From: Nitrosopumilus sp.
GTDB taxonomy: Archaea; Thermoproteota; Nitrososphaeria; Nitrososphaerales; Nitrosopumilaceae
Length of the DNA stretch: 64,000 nucleotides
Direction: 5' to 3'
Assembly (NCBI GenBank): GCA_965223425.1
Contig: OZ245003.1
Coordinates: forward strand, 1,376,001 to 1,440,000
Every line of letters starts with the position of its first letter. The stretch's first letter is position 1. Both the position numbers and the translations under genes were made by a program. The notes beneath the pieces were generated by a model. That model did no database searches and was not told the origin of the DNA. It worked only from the letters and a program-made list of their open reading frames with translations. Below are positions 49,953 to 61,336 of this stretch, piece by piece.

Positions 49953-51046
49953 TACTGTCACTCAAAAGTTCTTGAGGTCAAACATGTTAGATGGTAATAC
50001 ATTTTGATCACCTAGTACCACGCATTACAATGCCAGCAGCAAAACCGGAAGACCTCAGGAAGGCGTACAAGAAAGAGAGGGATCCCAAGGTGGTCAAGAG
50101 GATGGCCGCAGTAAACATGGTGTGCATGAACAATGAAAGCATTCAACATGTAGCAGACTCGCTCATGCAGTGCCCGAACTGGGTCTCCTTCTGGGTGGAA
50201 CGCTTCAGGGAGGGCGGCATAGACGCCCTCCGGGATCTTCCCAAGAGCGGAAGGCCGCCAAAGGTCAAACTCAAAAAGATTGAAAAGATGTTATACAAGA
50301 CTGACAGCATCATCGCTCCCATGCAGCTAAGAGAAGACATCTGCAAAAAGTACGGCGTAAAGTACCACATCACAAACGTCAGAAAGATAATGCGCAAACT
50401 CGGCCTGACTGCCAAGACGGTACGGCGAATCCACATCAACAGGGCAGAGATCGACGAGATCAAAAAATGGCAGCGCAGCGCAAAAAGGCAGATTTCACGC
50501 CTGAAAAAACTGGGTTTTGCCGTCGTGGTATTTGACGAGGCCATCTTCATCGACGACCCGACATCCGGCGCAAAGTACTGGTCGCCTGAGGGCCAGCCGA
50601 TCATAACGACGTACAAGGGACGGCACGGCAGGGTTGTGGCGTATGGCTCCATCGGGATTGACGGCAGGCAGTTCTTCCGGACGTACGACAAATTCGACAA
50701 GGAGACCGTACTGCAATACTTGAAGGAATTGGCAAGGCATTTTGGAAAGGTGGCCATAATAATGGACAACGCGCCGCAGCACAAGGGAATAATTGTAAGC
50801 AAGTTCCTAAAGGGAAACAAGAACGTCAAGGTCATATGGCTTCCGACTGCAACTCCCGAGCTCAGCGTTACAGAGGAGTACTGGCATCAGGCAAAACGGG
50901 GCGTGCTGGTATCTGAATATTACGCTACGGTTGTGCACATGCGCCATGCAATGTCAGAATATTTCAGGACAGCTCGTCCCAAGCTTGATGCAATGAAGTT
51001 TATCTGTAGGAAGTCCCTAGACCTCAAGAACATTTGAGTGACAGTA
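49953..51046 (+). mobile_element. IS630-family element C (transposase 49991-51037)
   Basis: 24/25 TIR CTGTCACTCAAAWGTTCTTGAGGTC with TATA on both sides; FDEA, MDNAPQH, PELSVTE. Confidence 0.93.
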
Positions 51047-51056
51047 TATGAATGGT

Positions 51057-51326
51057 TTATCCGCCTGCAACTGCGGAGAATCCGACAATTGAATTGTCAC
51101 TGGTTCTCAGCACCTGTGCAGTTTCTGGCACCATATGATGCAATGTCACCATGTATACCTGATCTCCGTATTTGACTGCGATTGCCGCTGCCGTCCTTTG
51201 TACGTGAATTTTCTCTGGCCCGTCGAGAAGGTCTACTGCCGCTATCTTTCTTGCAGTTTCCGGGATGTTTGCCGGATCCTGTGTTTTTGTTTTTGGTTTT
51301 TCTAGTTTGGTTTGCTGTTTACTCAT
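51057..51326 (-). CDS. Hypothetical protein
   Basis: ATG preceded by GGAGG. Confidence 0.5.
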   Translation of the reverse strand: MSKQQTKLEKPKTKTQDPANIPETARKIAAVDLLDGPEKIHVQRTAAAIAVKYGDQVYMVTLHHMVPETAQVLRTSDNSIVGFSAVAGG

Positions 51327-51500
51327 GTTATCAACCTCCTTTGTTGATTTTGTTGTTTGCAGACAGTGTCTGCATCCGTATTTTCTGAAAAATATTTTCC
51401 AGAACTGTTTGTTTTGCTCCCACATGTATGCAGGATTGGCATTTGGATTGCGCCAAGATAAAACGGGTCTGAATCGTTTGTCAAGTCGGGGGAAAACGCT

Positions 51501-51764
51501 TCAGTCCTTGCCGTAGACTGACTTGTGGTCGCATACACGATGTAAGATGATTTTGCTGCTGGAATAATCTACAACATAAATTATTCTGTACTTTCCTACA
51601 TTGTATGCAAAAACTTTCATATCTGCTTTGTATACTCCAAGTTCTGCAGGGTTATCAGATATAGAAAGTTCTGATACTGATTGAATAATTCTTTGTTTTA
51701 TCTCCGAATCAAGATTCTTGAATTGTTTGTTGAATCTTGGTCTGCGTGAGACATGCCAAGTCAT
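51501..51764 (-). CDS. RelE/ParE-family toxin
   Basis: FNKQFKNLD..IKQRI, VGKYRIIY, DHKSVY. Confidence 0.85.
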   Translation of the reverse strand: MTWHVSRRPRFNKQFKNLDSEIKQRIIQSVSELSISDNPAELGVYKADMKVFAYNVGKYRIIYVVDYSSSKIILHRVCDHKSVYGKD

Positions 51765-52003
51765 TGCTTACGTAATTCTTTTAGGAATTCATCAAGTGTC
51801 AGAGTCTCCCAATCATTACTATTTCTCGATTCTATGATATCCAATACCTCTTCAGGTATTAGTTCATCTGTGTGTAGTGATTTTAGATGTTCTTCAAAAC
51901 TGTTGGATCTGTAGTTTCCTTTCTCAAAATCTTTTCTGATTATCTCCAGCTTGTCTTCTGGCAGATAGTCAAAAGGATTCTTCACAGTTTTTGTCTCAGA
52001 CAT
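51761..52003 (-). CDS. Putative acidic antitoxin
   Basis: ATGA overlap with RelE; ends TLTLDEFLKEL. Confidence 0.7.
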   Translation of the reverse strand: MSETKTVKNPFDYLPEDKLEIIRKDFEKGNYRSNSFEEHLKSLHTDELIPEEVLDIIESRNSNDWETLTLDEFLKELRKQ

Positions 52004-52034
52004 GTCTTTTCCATTCTTTACATCCTAAAAAAGA

Positions 52035-53671
52035 TTAGGAGTCAAGAATTCCTGCTAGTTCCCGCCTTATCTTCTTGAGTGCCTTTTTGTGCCTTCTTAG
52101 GCGAATAGAGTCCTGCGCGACCCCCAGGATCCTCCACGCGTCATGTATTATCTTGGCGGGATGTTTTGTCATGGCATCTGTAATTATCGAGCGCGCCATA
52201 CTGTAACATCGTTGCCTGCAGTGATTTGCATCATTGTTTCTATTCTGCAACATCTGCAAACGTACATGTCCTTCCAATCCCAGACTTGATGCCGTCTTTG
52301 GAATATTTCTCGTATACCCCCCTTAGCATCTCGATGAGTTCTGGTATCTGCTCAAGCTGTAGTTAGCACATTAAATAATTGAATATTTTCACAGGCAGGA
52401 TCTCCTTTCTGGCAAACAGCTTGCGTACTGACTGCTCCATCTCATCTAGCGTGCCAAACACCTTTGCAGACAGTACCCGCTTTATCACCCTCCACTGCAT
52501 CTCAATGGGATTAAGCTCCGGCGTGTACGGCAGCAGGTACTCCAGAACTATCTTGCCGTTGTATCTTTCCAGAAACTCCCTTACCTTTTTGGATTTGTGA
52601 TATGACGCATTGTCTACAAACAGCAGCACCCTGCCGAATCTTTTGTGAACCCGTTCCAAAAAGCTGCAAAAGCTGTCGCTGTCTGGCTTTTCATAAAACA
52701 TAAAGTAAAATGCGCTTGCTGACAGGACTCCAAATGTATCTTCTCTTGCGTGACAAAACAGAGGGGGATGTGGCGCGCTTGCCGCGCCTTCTCCACCCGT
52801 AGCCGGGCCTGTTTGATGCCTTTTGAATCGAGGATGCATCGCCGGCCAGTACGGTGTATCCCTGCGCCGACTTTTCTGCAACGAGTTTTTTTGCCCGCTC
52901 CTGAAACTCTTTTTGCTTTCTTTTTGAGGCTGATCTTGGGTTTTTTGGACACGCCCTGCTCCACGAAAAGCCCATCTCCCTGACCAGCTGCAGCACGCCT
53001 GCCTTGCTGTACTGCACGCCGAACTTTCGCTTGATGTGCAGCCTTGCGAGGTTGGAATCCCACAGGCTGCTCTCAAAGCCGCATGACTCCGGCCCCGCAT
53101 CCAGGTCTGCTGCAAGCTGTCTTGTCTGCAGTCCGTCTAGCAGGTGCTTTCGTCCCCTGCCGCTGCGCTCGAACCTTGCGCGTATTCCCTCGTCCTGTGC
53201 GCGGTTGAGCCATGCAGATATGGTGGACTTGGGCCTTCCCAGCATCCTTCCAATCCTGTCTAGCGGCACGCCGTCCTTGCGCTGCATGTACGCAAGCAGC
53301 CTGTCGCGCCTTCTGGGATCGGTCTCTTTTTTGTATGCCCTTTTGAGGTCTGCAACGCCGGTGTTTGGCAGAAATTTTGCCCCCCTTGCAACCTGTCTCT
53401 TTTTTTGTTTGTACATGCAGTGTGTGCGGTATGGCCTGTCTTGGATCTTTTGGCCAAAAATAATTGTCAAAATGATTCAGTTTTTTTATGTGCATACTAC
53501 GGTACGTCCGTCCCTGTACGTTTTGTACGTGATGTATCCGTTTGCAAGATCACTCAGATTTCTGCTGATGCTTATGAGATCCCTGTTTGAGATCCTGCCT
53601 TTCTTGCCTACTGACTGATTTTGTACATTTTTAATACTTGTACTTGTATTGATTGTATTTTTTAAAACCAT
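52035..53671 (-). pseudogene. Hypothetical gene split by IS630
   Basis: Removing the IS and one TA fuses ORF 53486-53671 in frame with ORF 52035-52277 (GRT-V-QLEQIPEL). Confidence 0.6.
52360..53499 (-). mobile_element. IS630-family element A, copy 3 (2-bp frameshift)
   Basis: 1140 bp vs 1142 bp for the intact copy; same ends. Confidence 0.92.
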
Positions 53672-54175
53672 TTGGTTTCACTCCTTTTTTTCACAAAACA
53701 CATGCACGATGTCTGAAGCGCCTGGCATCATATCCCCAGCAGATGTCGTCATCCGCCCATAGCCTCGGCTATGCTAAAAAATATCTGGATGGTGGATTAT
53801 CATCAAGCGCAATAATCCATAGTCTGCCTGTTATTTGACATACCGTGTCGTACTGGGAAAGGATGCCATGTGCTGTCGGCATTGCATGCTTTTGTCGTTT
53901 GGTCGCATTTCTGTGAATGTTGCTATCGTTTTTATAGCAACTAGGATCACTCCCAAACCTTTGTCGTTTGGTCGTATTTCTGGCAGATGTTACGTGCCAG
54001 CACAGACGTTATATTGCTATGAAAGTATCGTCTTTCATCTGGACGTTTATTCTCATATGAGAATTCATTATATCCCACACCCGTCCGCTGGGTCGGCCTG
54101 CGGCTTGCGCCAAAGGTAAAACGGGTTTGGACTGTATGACCCAGTCACGAAAAAATGTTTGGATGTTTGAAGAAC

Positions 54176-54649
54176 CTAGTCTTTGTTTTTTATCGTGTCT
54201 TTGATGTCGTCTTGGGATTTGTGCATGCGTTCCTGAGATTTTGTGACATTGTCTAACACCTTGGCAATATCTTTTTGGGATTCGGCAATATCTTTTTGGG
54301 ATTCGGCAATGCGGTTTAGAGTCTTGTCAAATCTTTGATTGCTTTCGGCAATGCGGTTTAGAGTCTTGTCAAATCTTTGATTGCTTTCGGCAATTGCCCT
54401 TTGATTTTGCTGGCCGACCTCATGTATTGCCTCCTTGATGCCAGCTCCGATATCCATTGTAGTCCAGGACATTAGTATTCCTACGAATCCAATGGTAAAA
54501 AAGGCTATGCCCTCGCTTAGGAGTCTTTGGTCCACTAGCTGGCTCATGGTAATCAGGAATGCCCCGACTGCCATCATTGCAACAAAGATGACTTGCTGTC
54601 GTCGAATCAGACCGGTTCTTATTTTGATTGTTGTGTCTTTTTCTTGCAT
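54176..54649 (-). CDS. Two-TM protein with repetitive coiled-coil tail
   Basis: AESNQRFDKTLNRI x2 and AESQKDI x2. Confidence 0.75.
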   Translation of the reverse strand: MQEKDTTIKIRTGLIRRQQVIFVAMMAVGAFLITMSQLVDQRLLSEGIAFFTIGFVGILMSWTTMDIGAGIKEAIHEVGQQNQRAIAESNQRFDKTLNRIAESNQRFDKTLNRIAESQKDIAESQKDIAKVLDNVTKSQERMHKSQDDIKDTIKNKD

Positions 54650-54796
54650 ATTTTTTCATAAATGCCGCAAGCATTTTTGCCTTTCCCACACCCGTCTGCC
54701 TGTCAGGATGATTGCTCATCAGATACGGGTTTGGAAGGATTGCCAGGTCACAAAAAATATGGTTTTGGAACCTTTCAACAAGGCATTGCAGAAAAA

Positions 54797-54928
54797 TCAG
54801 AGACCTATCTGACAGCAATCACATTCGTTGAGTTCGGGGTGCCCTTCCCATCGTTCCCTTTTGCAGTTTCTACAAATTGTCTTTTTGTAGACGCTTCTTT
54901 TGAGTTTGTACTTTGCCTCTTCGAACAT
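54797..54928 (-). CDS. 43 aa Cys-rich microprotein
   Basis: MFEEAKYKLKRSVYKKTICRNC...ECDCCQIGL. Confidence 0.4.
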   Translation of the reverse strand: MFEEAKYKLKRSVYKKTICRNCKRERWEGHPELNECDCCQIGL

Positions 54929-54968
54929 TTTGTATCACTTTTTTTGAATTTTTCTCCTGAATGTTTTA

Positions 54969-56270
54969 CAGTAGTTGGGATTGTACCGTTCCAAAACAGC
55001 CCACAAATCACCCGATAGGCGGTGGTGGCCACCTGGCATACACACATGCTGCAAACACGCAGATTATCCTGTTTAAAACACCGGCAAGTGGCACATGGTA
55101 CCTTTGTCTGCCCACCGTGCGACGCAGGCCTATCCAGATATTGTTTAGCACCAGTGACAAGACAAACAAAAGCATCCGTACGGAGGGGTTCCTGCTGGCA
55201 GTGCGCGGGCGTATGCTCTTTGCAGACCTGTACCCCGTTTCAATTCCCCACCGCTTTTTGTACTGCTCTGGGATGTACTTGACAACGTCCCTTTCGCTCT
55301 CGTATGGCAGCGACGTTGCAAATGCGCGATACCTGTCAAACATGGTGCCGTCTTTTTTCCTGGCGTCATCCCTGATCAGAACCAGGTTGAACGTGAACTT
55401 CTCGGAGCCTGATTTTATGGTGTACCGGGAGACATTGCCGCGCTTTCCTTGGGCGTGCTGTACAATGGCACGCTTGATGCCGGCATCCTTTTTTGCCGGC
55501 ATGATAAAATGCCTGTGAAATGATCTGACAGTCTGCATCACGTCTGTTGCGTAAAACTCCCTGTCAAAAGGTAGAGGCCGATTCCAGTGCAGCTTGGAGC
55601 ATTTTTCGATGATTTTACGCACGAATTCACCGTTGAAGATCCCTCGGGTGACCGGACTGAAGCACAGGTTGGCCTCCTTGCCGCCCTGCATATCTTGGAT
55701 GTCATGTATGACTCACCTGTACGTTCCTGACTCGTATTTTGACTGTATGAGGTACCTGAGGTCGGGATTCCTGTCATGGTGCGGAATCTTGTGCTTGTCT
55801 ATTGCAGCTACTGTCGTTTCATTGCTGATGCGTCGCCTCATGCTGCGGCATGCCGCATTGACAGTATCATGCATCATCTGGTCGCAGAAACAGCTCATCT
55901 TGTCCTGCTTTATGATGCGCAGCTTTTTGAGCAGCCAGCTGCCAGACTGCATGCAGATGCCGGGAGAGCCGAGATCGCGTGCGCTGTTGGCGTATCCGTT
56001 GGAGCTGGCCATGACCAGAAGAAGCATGTGCGCTGCATCCTTGAGACAGTACAGCGTGTTGTGTCTTGTGCCAAAGGCAAGGCTCAGGCGCTGCAACGCA
56101 GACTGGAAGATTTTAAATTCCCTGATGTCTTGGTTCGGTTGGTGTGTTTGCCCATCTTTTCTGTGCAAGTCAAGGTGGGTGAGCATGCCTTGTATTTGGA
56201 TCTGGTTGATCGTGTTTTGTTCTTAAAATGATCAGTTTGGGCTATCCAAAATGTACAATCCCAACTACTG
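54969..56270 (-). mobile_element. Second ISH3-family element, frameshifted transposase
   Basis: TIR CAGTAGTTGGGATTGTAC at both ends; AIDKH, DREFY, YKKRWGIETGYR; no TSD seen. Confidence 0.85.
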
Positions 56271-56350
56271 GATAAATAAACATACCTAAAACCCCTTAGT
56301 AAATTCTGATTCAGCAAGATTCACTTAAGGCATGACTGACTAGTGGCTTT

Positions 56351-56692
56351 ATGGTAAAACCTGCCATAGAGTTGCCCGTTTCTAAAAAACCCACAGATGC
56401 CGAACTGAGAAAGCTGAAAGAATATTTCAGAGAGATGCCTGTGGATGAAATTCTCACGGGGCTGAAATTTGCAAGAAACAGATGGTCTGCCAAAGACGCT
56501 GGGACCTTGAAGGTTGGAAGAAAGAGCATCATCCAAAAAGAGGTTCATTCTGTCACTGCCGAACAAGCTCAATGGAGGTTAAAAAACTGGAAGATGATGA
56601 TTGCAAATTATCGCCGTCGGGGTTACAGCTATCCTACAATCTCAAGAATTAAAAAAATTCTGGTTCAAAAAAGCAAAAAAAAGTCTAAATGA
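56351..56692 (+). CDS. Basic hypothetical protein
   Basis: Clean 113 aa ORF. Confidence 0.7.
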   Translation: MVKPAIELPVSKKPTDAELRKLKEYFREMPVDEILTGLKFARNRWSAKDAGTLKVGRKSIIQKEVHSVTAEQAQWRLKNWKMMIANYRRRGYSYPTISRIKKILVQKSKKKSK

Positions 56693-56877
56693 ATTGTTTG
56701 CTTCTTGGTGAGACTGTCTGCAAACAAGGAATACGATACGTGACGGTGGAGGATCCTGGAAGTTGCACAGGACTTTATGCGCCGAAGAAGCACAAAAAGG
56801 CACTCAAAAAGAAAAGTGGAAACCCATAGGAATTCTTGATTCCTAATATTTTTTAGGATACAGAAAACAGAAAAGAT

Positions 56878-57126
56878 ATGCCTGAAACCAAGGCCGTAAA
56901 CCCCTTTGACTATCTTCCAGAAGACAAGCTGAGGATAATCAGGGAAGATTTTGAGAAAAATGAAATCTCAAAATCTACAAGATTCGAGCAATACCTAAAA
57001 GACTTGCATGAAGATGATTTGATTCCTGAAGAAGTACTTGACATCGTCGATGCGCAAAACGAGCCGGAAGGAGAGGTGTTCTCCAACGTTGAGGATCTAT
57101 TAGAAGATCTGAAGAAAGATGACTAG
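56878..57126 (+). CDS. Orphan paralog of the antitoxin at 51761
   Basis: NPFDYLPEDKL.IIR.DFEK...LIPEEVLDI shared. Confidence 0.75.
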   Translation: MPETKAVNPFDYLPEDKLRIIREDFEKNEISKSTRFEQYLKDLHEDDLIPEEVLDIVDAQNEPEGEVFSNVEDLLEDLKKDD

Positions 57127-57205
57127 CTGAAAGGCTCTGGCAAATCTAGGTGGCCTACGATGTTTGCCGTTCAAAAGCGATGCTTTTTTAATTATTTTAT
57201 AATTT

Positions 57206-58292
57206 CAGTAGTTGGGATTGTACATTTTGGATAGCCCAAACTGATCATTTTGAGAACAAAACACGATCAACCAGATCCAAATACAAGGCATGCTCACCCA
57301 CCTTAACATGTACGAAAAAGATGGGCAAACACACCAACAGAACCAAGACATCAGGGGATTTAAAATCTTCCAGTCCGCACTGCAACACCTGAACCTTGCC
57401 TTTGGCACAAGACACAACACGCTGTACTGCCTCAGGGATGCAGCGCACATGCTACTGGTCATGGCCAGCTCCAACGGATACGCCAACGGCGCGCGAGATC
57501 TCGGCTCTCCCGGCATCCGCATGCCGTCGGGCAGCTGGCTGCTCAAAAAGCTGCGCATCATAAAGCAGGACAAGATGAACCGCTTCTGCGACCAGATGAT
57601 GCATGATACGGTCAACACGGCATGCCGCAGCATGAGGCGACGCATCAGCAACGAAACGGCAGTGGCTGCAATAGACAAGCACAAGATTCCGCACCATGAC
57701 AAAAACCCCGACCTCAAACACCTCATACAGTCAAAATACGAGTCAGGAACGTACAGGTTTGAGTCATACATGACATCCAAGATAGTGCAGGGCGGCAAAG
57801 AGGCCAACCTGTGCTTCAGTCCGGTCACCCGGGGTACATCCAACGGCGAGTTCGTGCGTAAAACCATCAAAAAGTGCTCCAAGCTGCACCTTGGAATCAA
57901 TCTTTACCTTCTTGACAGGGAGTTTTACGCAACAGACGTGATGCGGACTGTCAGATCGCTTCACAGGCATTTTATCATGCCGGCAAAAAAGAATGCCGGC
58001 ATCAAGCGCGCCATTGTACAGCACGCCCAAGGAAAGCGCGGTGATGTCTCTAGGTACACCATAAAATCAGGCTCCGAAAAGTTCACGTTCAACCTGGTTC
58101 TGATCAGGGATGACGCCAGGAAAAAAGACGGCACCATGTTTGACAGGTATCGCGCATTTGCAACGTCGCTGCCATGCGAGAATGAAAGGGACGTTGTCAA
58201 GTACATCCCAGAGCAGTACAAAAAACGTTGGGGAATTGAAACGGGGTACAGGTCTGCAAAGAGCATACGCCCGCGCACTGCCAGCAGGAACC
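57206..58292 (+). mobile_element. 3'-truncated copy of the second ISH3 element (ORF 57290-58333)
   Basis: Left TIR at 57206; similarity ends after RTASRN. Confidence 0.85.
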
Positions 58293-58541
58293 GGGGTTGT
58301 CGCCAAATTCGACCAAATGATCTAACTTTGTAATTTTTCACACATGTTGATCAGGGAGGTGACATAGAGAATCTTGCAGCTCTGCTGAGGATGCCATGGA
58401 ACGAACCCCCGCCGGGTCACAGCACGAATGAAACAGAAAATTGTTTGCCGTGTCAATCTTACATAACCGCTAACTGCCATGAGTCCTTGAAATTATGATT
58501 CTTATGTAGTATTACCGGGGATTTCCTTGTAAATGAGACGA

Positions 58542-59192
58542 TTACAGTAGGATGTCTGATTTTTTCTCAGCTATCCGGTGTTTGAGTTCGTCTGGAATCT
58601 CTGGAATTGAGGATTTTGCTTGGCCTGCAATTACGTTGTGTGCTTCTTCTAAAATTGCAAGCGTGTCTGCGTTTGCCTCGGCTCCAACACTTATGTTGCT
58701 ACCAACCTCCACTGATGAGCCGGACATTACGTCTCCGAGTATTTGCGACAAGTCTTGCATTGATGCGTTTGCATCTGGCATAATTCCATTAAGGGATGGT
58801 GCCAATCCCTTTATGATTGACATGCACGGACTAAGCGTTACCACGACATCTCCCAATTCTGATACAGTGTCTAGCCTAAGTTTAATTTGTTCCATGGACA
58901 GCTTTGCCCCTCCTATCATATTTTTCATTTTTCTAACCTGCGCCAACTCCCCTGCATACGCATGTGCATAGCCGTTTTTGTTATTCTTTTGGGCATTTAC
59001 AATCTTTTCAAATATTACGTCATGTTTTTTCTGCAGCTTCTCGTTGATCCCCTCTAATTTTGAAATTTGAAACCCTAGTTTCTTTTGCGCAAAGTCAATT
59101 CTATTTTTTAATGGCCCGTCAGGCTTTACTTTGCCTATGATTCTTTGGGATATGCTCTCCCCTTCTGCCTTGCTCCAAGAGTTGTTTAACAT
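58542..59192 (-). CDS. ESCRT-III / CdvB-like (Snf7) paralog
   Basis: AYAGELAQVRKM, MEQIKLRLDTVSELGDVVVTLSP, ILEEA. Confidence 0.88.
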   Translation of the reverse strand: MLNNSWSKAEGESISQRIIGKVKPDGPLKNRIDFAQKKLGFQISKLEGINEKLQKKHDVIFEKIVNAQKNNKNGYAHAYAGELAQVRKMKNMIGGAKLSMEQIKLRLDTVSELGDVVVTLSPCMSIIKGLAPSLNGIMPDANASMQDLSQILGDVMSGSSVEVGSNISVGAEANADTLAILEEAHNVIAGQAKSSIPEIPDELKHRIAEKKSDILL

Positions 59193-59285
59193 GCGCTATT
59201 TCCCCAATATGAGTCAAAATTTTGGTTTTAAACGGATTTGTCACCCTGCCTACTGTCACCAGGGTTACAGCAGAGGGGGGTTACA

Positions 59286-60392
59286 CTATCCAAAGGTAAA
59301 CGTGAATATCTGGAAGCCTTTTCCTGATACCTGTATCTCCATTGTGTGAGTTCCGCTTGCCTCACTGTTGATGATGTTATACAGGTCAGGCTCTGATACT
59401 GTTAGCGTGTTTGCCAAAGTGATGTCACTGCCAGAATATTTGGAATCAAGTGGCTGCCCGTCAAGAAGTATCTCCAGTTCGGCACTGTTCTCAGTTACAA
59501 TGTTTACCTCTTTTGCATTGTACAGAAGTTTGATGCTCCCTACATCTGATACCAGCTCCATGCTGTCCTCATGGTTTAACCACTCCCCGGTAAGATAGAA
59601 CTTGTGCAGATCAATGTTGCCTGGTTCTGAATACTTTACTACCTTGTTTGGCTGAAATCCCTCATCATTCCCCAACTGGTTCCTATTCTGCGCAAAATAA
59701 TATCCAAAGTACAGCTCCGGCGTCCTAAACATGGTGTGCTCAAACTCCTCAATATCCACAAGTGGTGCAGCTGATGCCATTTGAATTCCCAGCGCCTTGG
59801 ATCTCTCATCTAAAAGCTGCTGGATGATCTTTTCAGTCTCTTGATATGCGCCCTCTCCAATATGATCATAACGGATGTACCCTTCGTGGTCTGCAATGTA
59901 TTTTCTTGGCCAGTATCTGTTTTCAAAGGCCTTCCATGTCTCCATGTCATTGTCTAAAACAACCGGATAGTTTATTCCGTGCTTCTCAATTGCCATCTTT
60001 ACATTTTCAGGATCCTTTTCAAACTCAAATTCAGGGGAGTGAATGCCGAGAATTAGCAATCCCTGATCAGCATACTTGTCATCCCAGGCAGTAATGTATG
60101 GGAGTGTCCTGATACAGTTTATGCAGCTATACGTCCAAATATCATAAAGTACAACTTTGCCTTCAATCTCTCTTTCCAACTCTTCTGGCGTGGTGTTCAG
60201 GTAATGCGCGATTCCAATTATGTCCGGTGCCGTCTTGAATCCTGATTTGTCAACCTTTAGCATGTTTTCATTGCTAGCCACATTTGTAGTTGGAACCTGA
60301 TCATCCAGTGACGAAAACACTATGCTCATCACTCCGACTCCTGTGAGAATTGCAACCCCCAAGATTAGCGCGGTTCTTGTATCTGACTTCAT
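59286..60392 (-). CDS. Membrane-anchored redoxin (DipZ C-terminal-like)
   Basis: WTYSCINC, HSPEFEFEK, GEGAY, TPELY, FTFG. Confidence 0.9.
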   Translation of the reverse strand: MKSDTRTALILGVAILTGVGVMSIVFSSLDDQVPTTNVASNENMLKVDKSGFKTAPDIIGIAHYLNTTPEELEREIEGKVVLYDIWTYSCINCIRTLPYITAWDDKYADQGLLILGIHSPEFEFEKDPENVKMAIEKHGINYPVVLDNDMETWKAFENRYWPRKYIADHEGYIRYDHIGEGAYQETEKIIQQLLDERSKALGIQMASAAPLVDIEEFEHTMFRTPELYFGYYFAQNRNQLGNDEGFQPNKVVKYSEPGNIDLHKFYLTGEWLNHEDSMELVSDVGSIKLLYNAKEVNIVTENSAELEILLDGQPLDSKYSGSDITLANTLTVSEPDLYNIINSEASGTHTMEIQVSGKGFQIFTFTFG

Positions 60393-60396
60393 TTAA

Positions 60397-61131
60397 TCAC
60401 CCTAAGAACAGCAACTCGTTGAGAAGTGGAAAGTTTGCAATGTATGCAAGTTGATTTGTAAATACCAGAATCCCCAAAATTACGATAAATGCCCCCAAAA
60501 TTACGTTGTAATATTTGAGATGCCTGCTCATTGAGCGGATGATCTTGTTTGCTCTAGAATAAAACACCCCAATCAAAATGAATGGAATTCCCAATCCTAA
60601 CGAATATGCAAGAAGTAAATTAAACGCAACTGACGGTGTCGTGGCTGCCAACGTAAGTATTGTTCCAAGTATTGGTCCCACACATGGCGTCCACCCAGCT
60701 GCAAATGCCAAGCCAAACACAAACGACATTGGATAGCTGGCCTTTGATCTCTTTGGAAAGAATTTTTTCTCCACGTTTAGCTTGTTAATTTTTGTTGAAA
60801 GAAGCAAAAACACTCCAAACCCCACAATGATTATGCCGCCAACTTGGTTGAGCCCCTCAACTAGCTCTCCAGTTGATGTTGCAAGAACGCTGTTGATGAT
60901 CACCCCCAATGTTGAAAATACTATTGAAAATCCCAGAACAAAAAATACCGAATTTAAGACAATGTTTGTTCTGTTGATTGTAACTGTCTTTGATCCCTGT
61001 TTCTGGTTTAGTTCAGAAAGTGTCGTACCAGAAATGTATGCAAGAAATGCGGGGATCATGGGCAGGATGCACGGCGCTACAAATGATCCCAGTCCGGCCA
61101 GTACTGCTACGGCTAGTGTTATTTCTGCCAC
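60397..61131 (-). CDS. ccdA: CcdA-family thiol:disulfide transporter
   Basis: APCILPMIP and GWTPCVGP. Confidence 0.92.
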   Translation of the reverse strand: MAEITLAVAVLAGLGSFVAPCILPMIPAFLAYISGTTLSELNQKQGSKTVTINRTNIVLNSVFFVLGFSIVFSTLGVIINSVLATSTGELVEGLNQVGGIIIVGFGVFLLLSTKINKLNVEKKFFPKRSKASYPMSFVFGLAFAAGWTPCVGPILGTILTLAATTPSVAFNLLLAYSLGLGIPFILIGVFYSRANKIIRSMSRHLKYYNVILGAFIVILGILVFTNQLAYIANFPLLNELLFLG

Positions 61132-61231
61132 GCATTGGGTTTACAATTTTTCCTTTAAAACGTTCTTCCATATCTCTACCCAATGCATGTGGGTGCAATC
61201 CGTTTTTAACTGGGATGTATCCATTTTCAGC

Positions 61232-61336
61232 ATGAACAAGCGCTTCATTATCGTCGGAATTCTCTTGGGAATAGTAGTCACGCTTGCAGTAGTCATTGGC
61301 TCACCTGCTCTTGGCGGCTTTGATGCAATGCGGTAG
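61232..61336 (+). CDS. 34 aa single-TM protein
   Basis: MNKRFIIVGILLGIVVTLAVVIG; TATA-like TTTTTAA upstream. Confidence 0.5.
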   Translation: MNKRFIIVGILLGIVVTLAVVIGSPALGGFDAMR

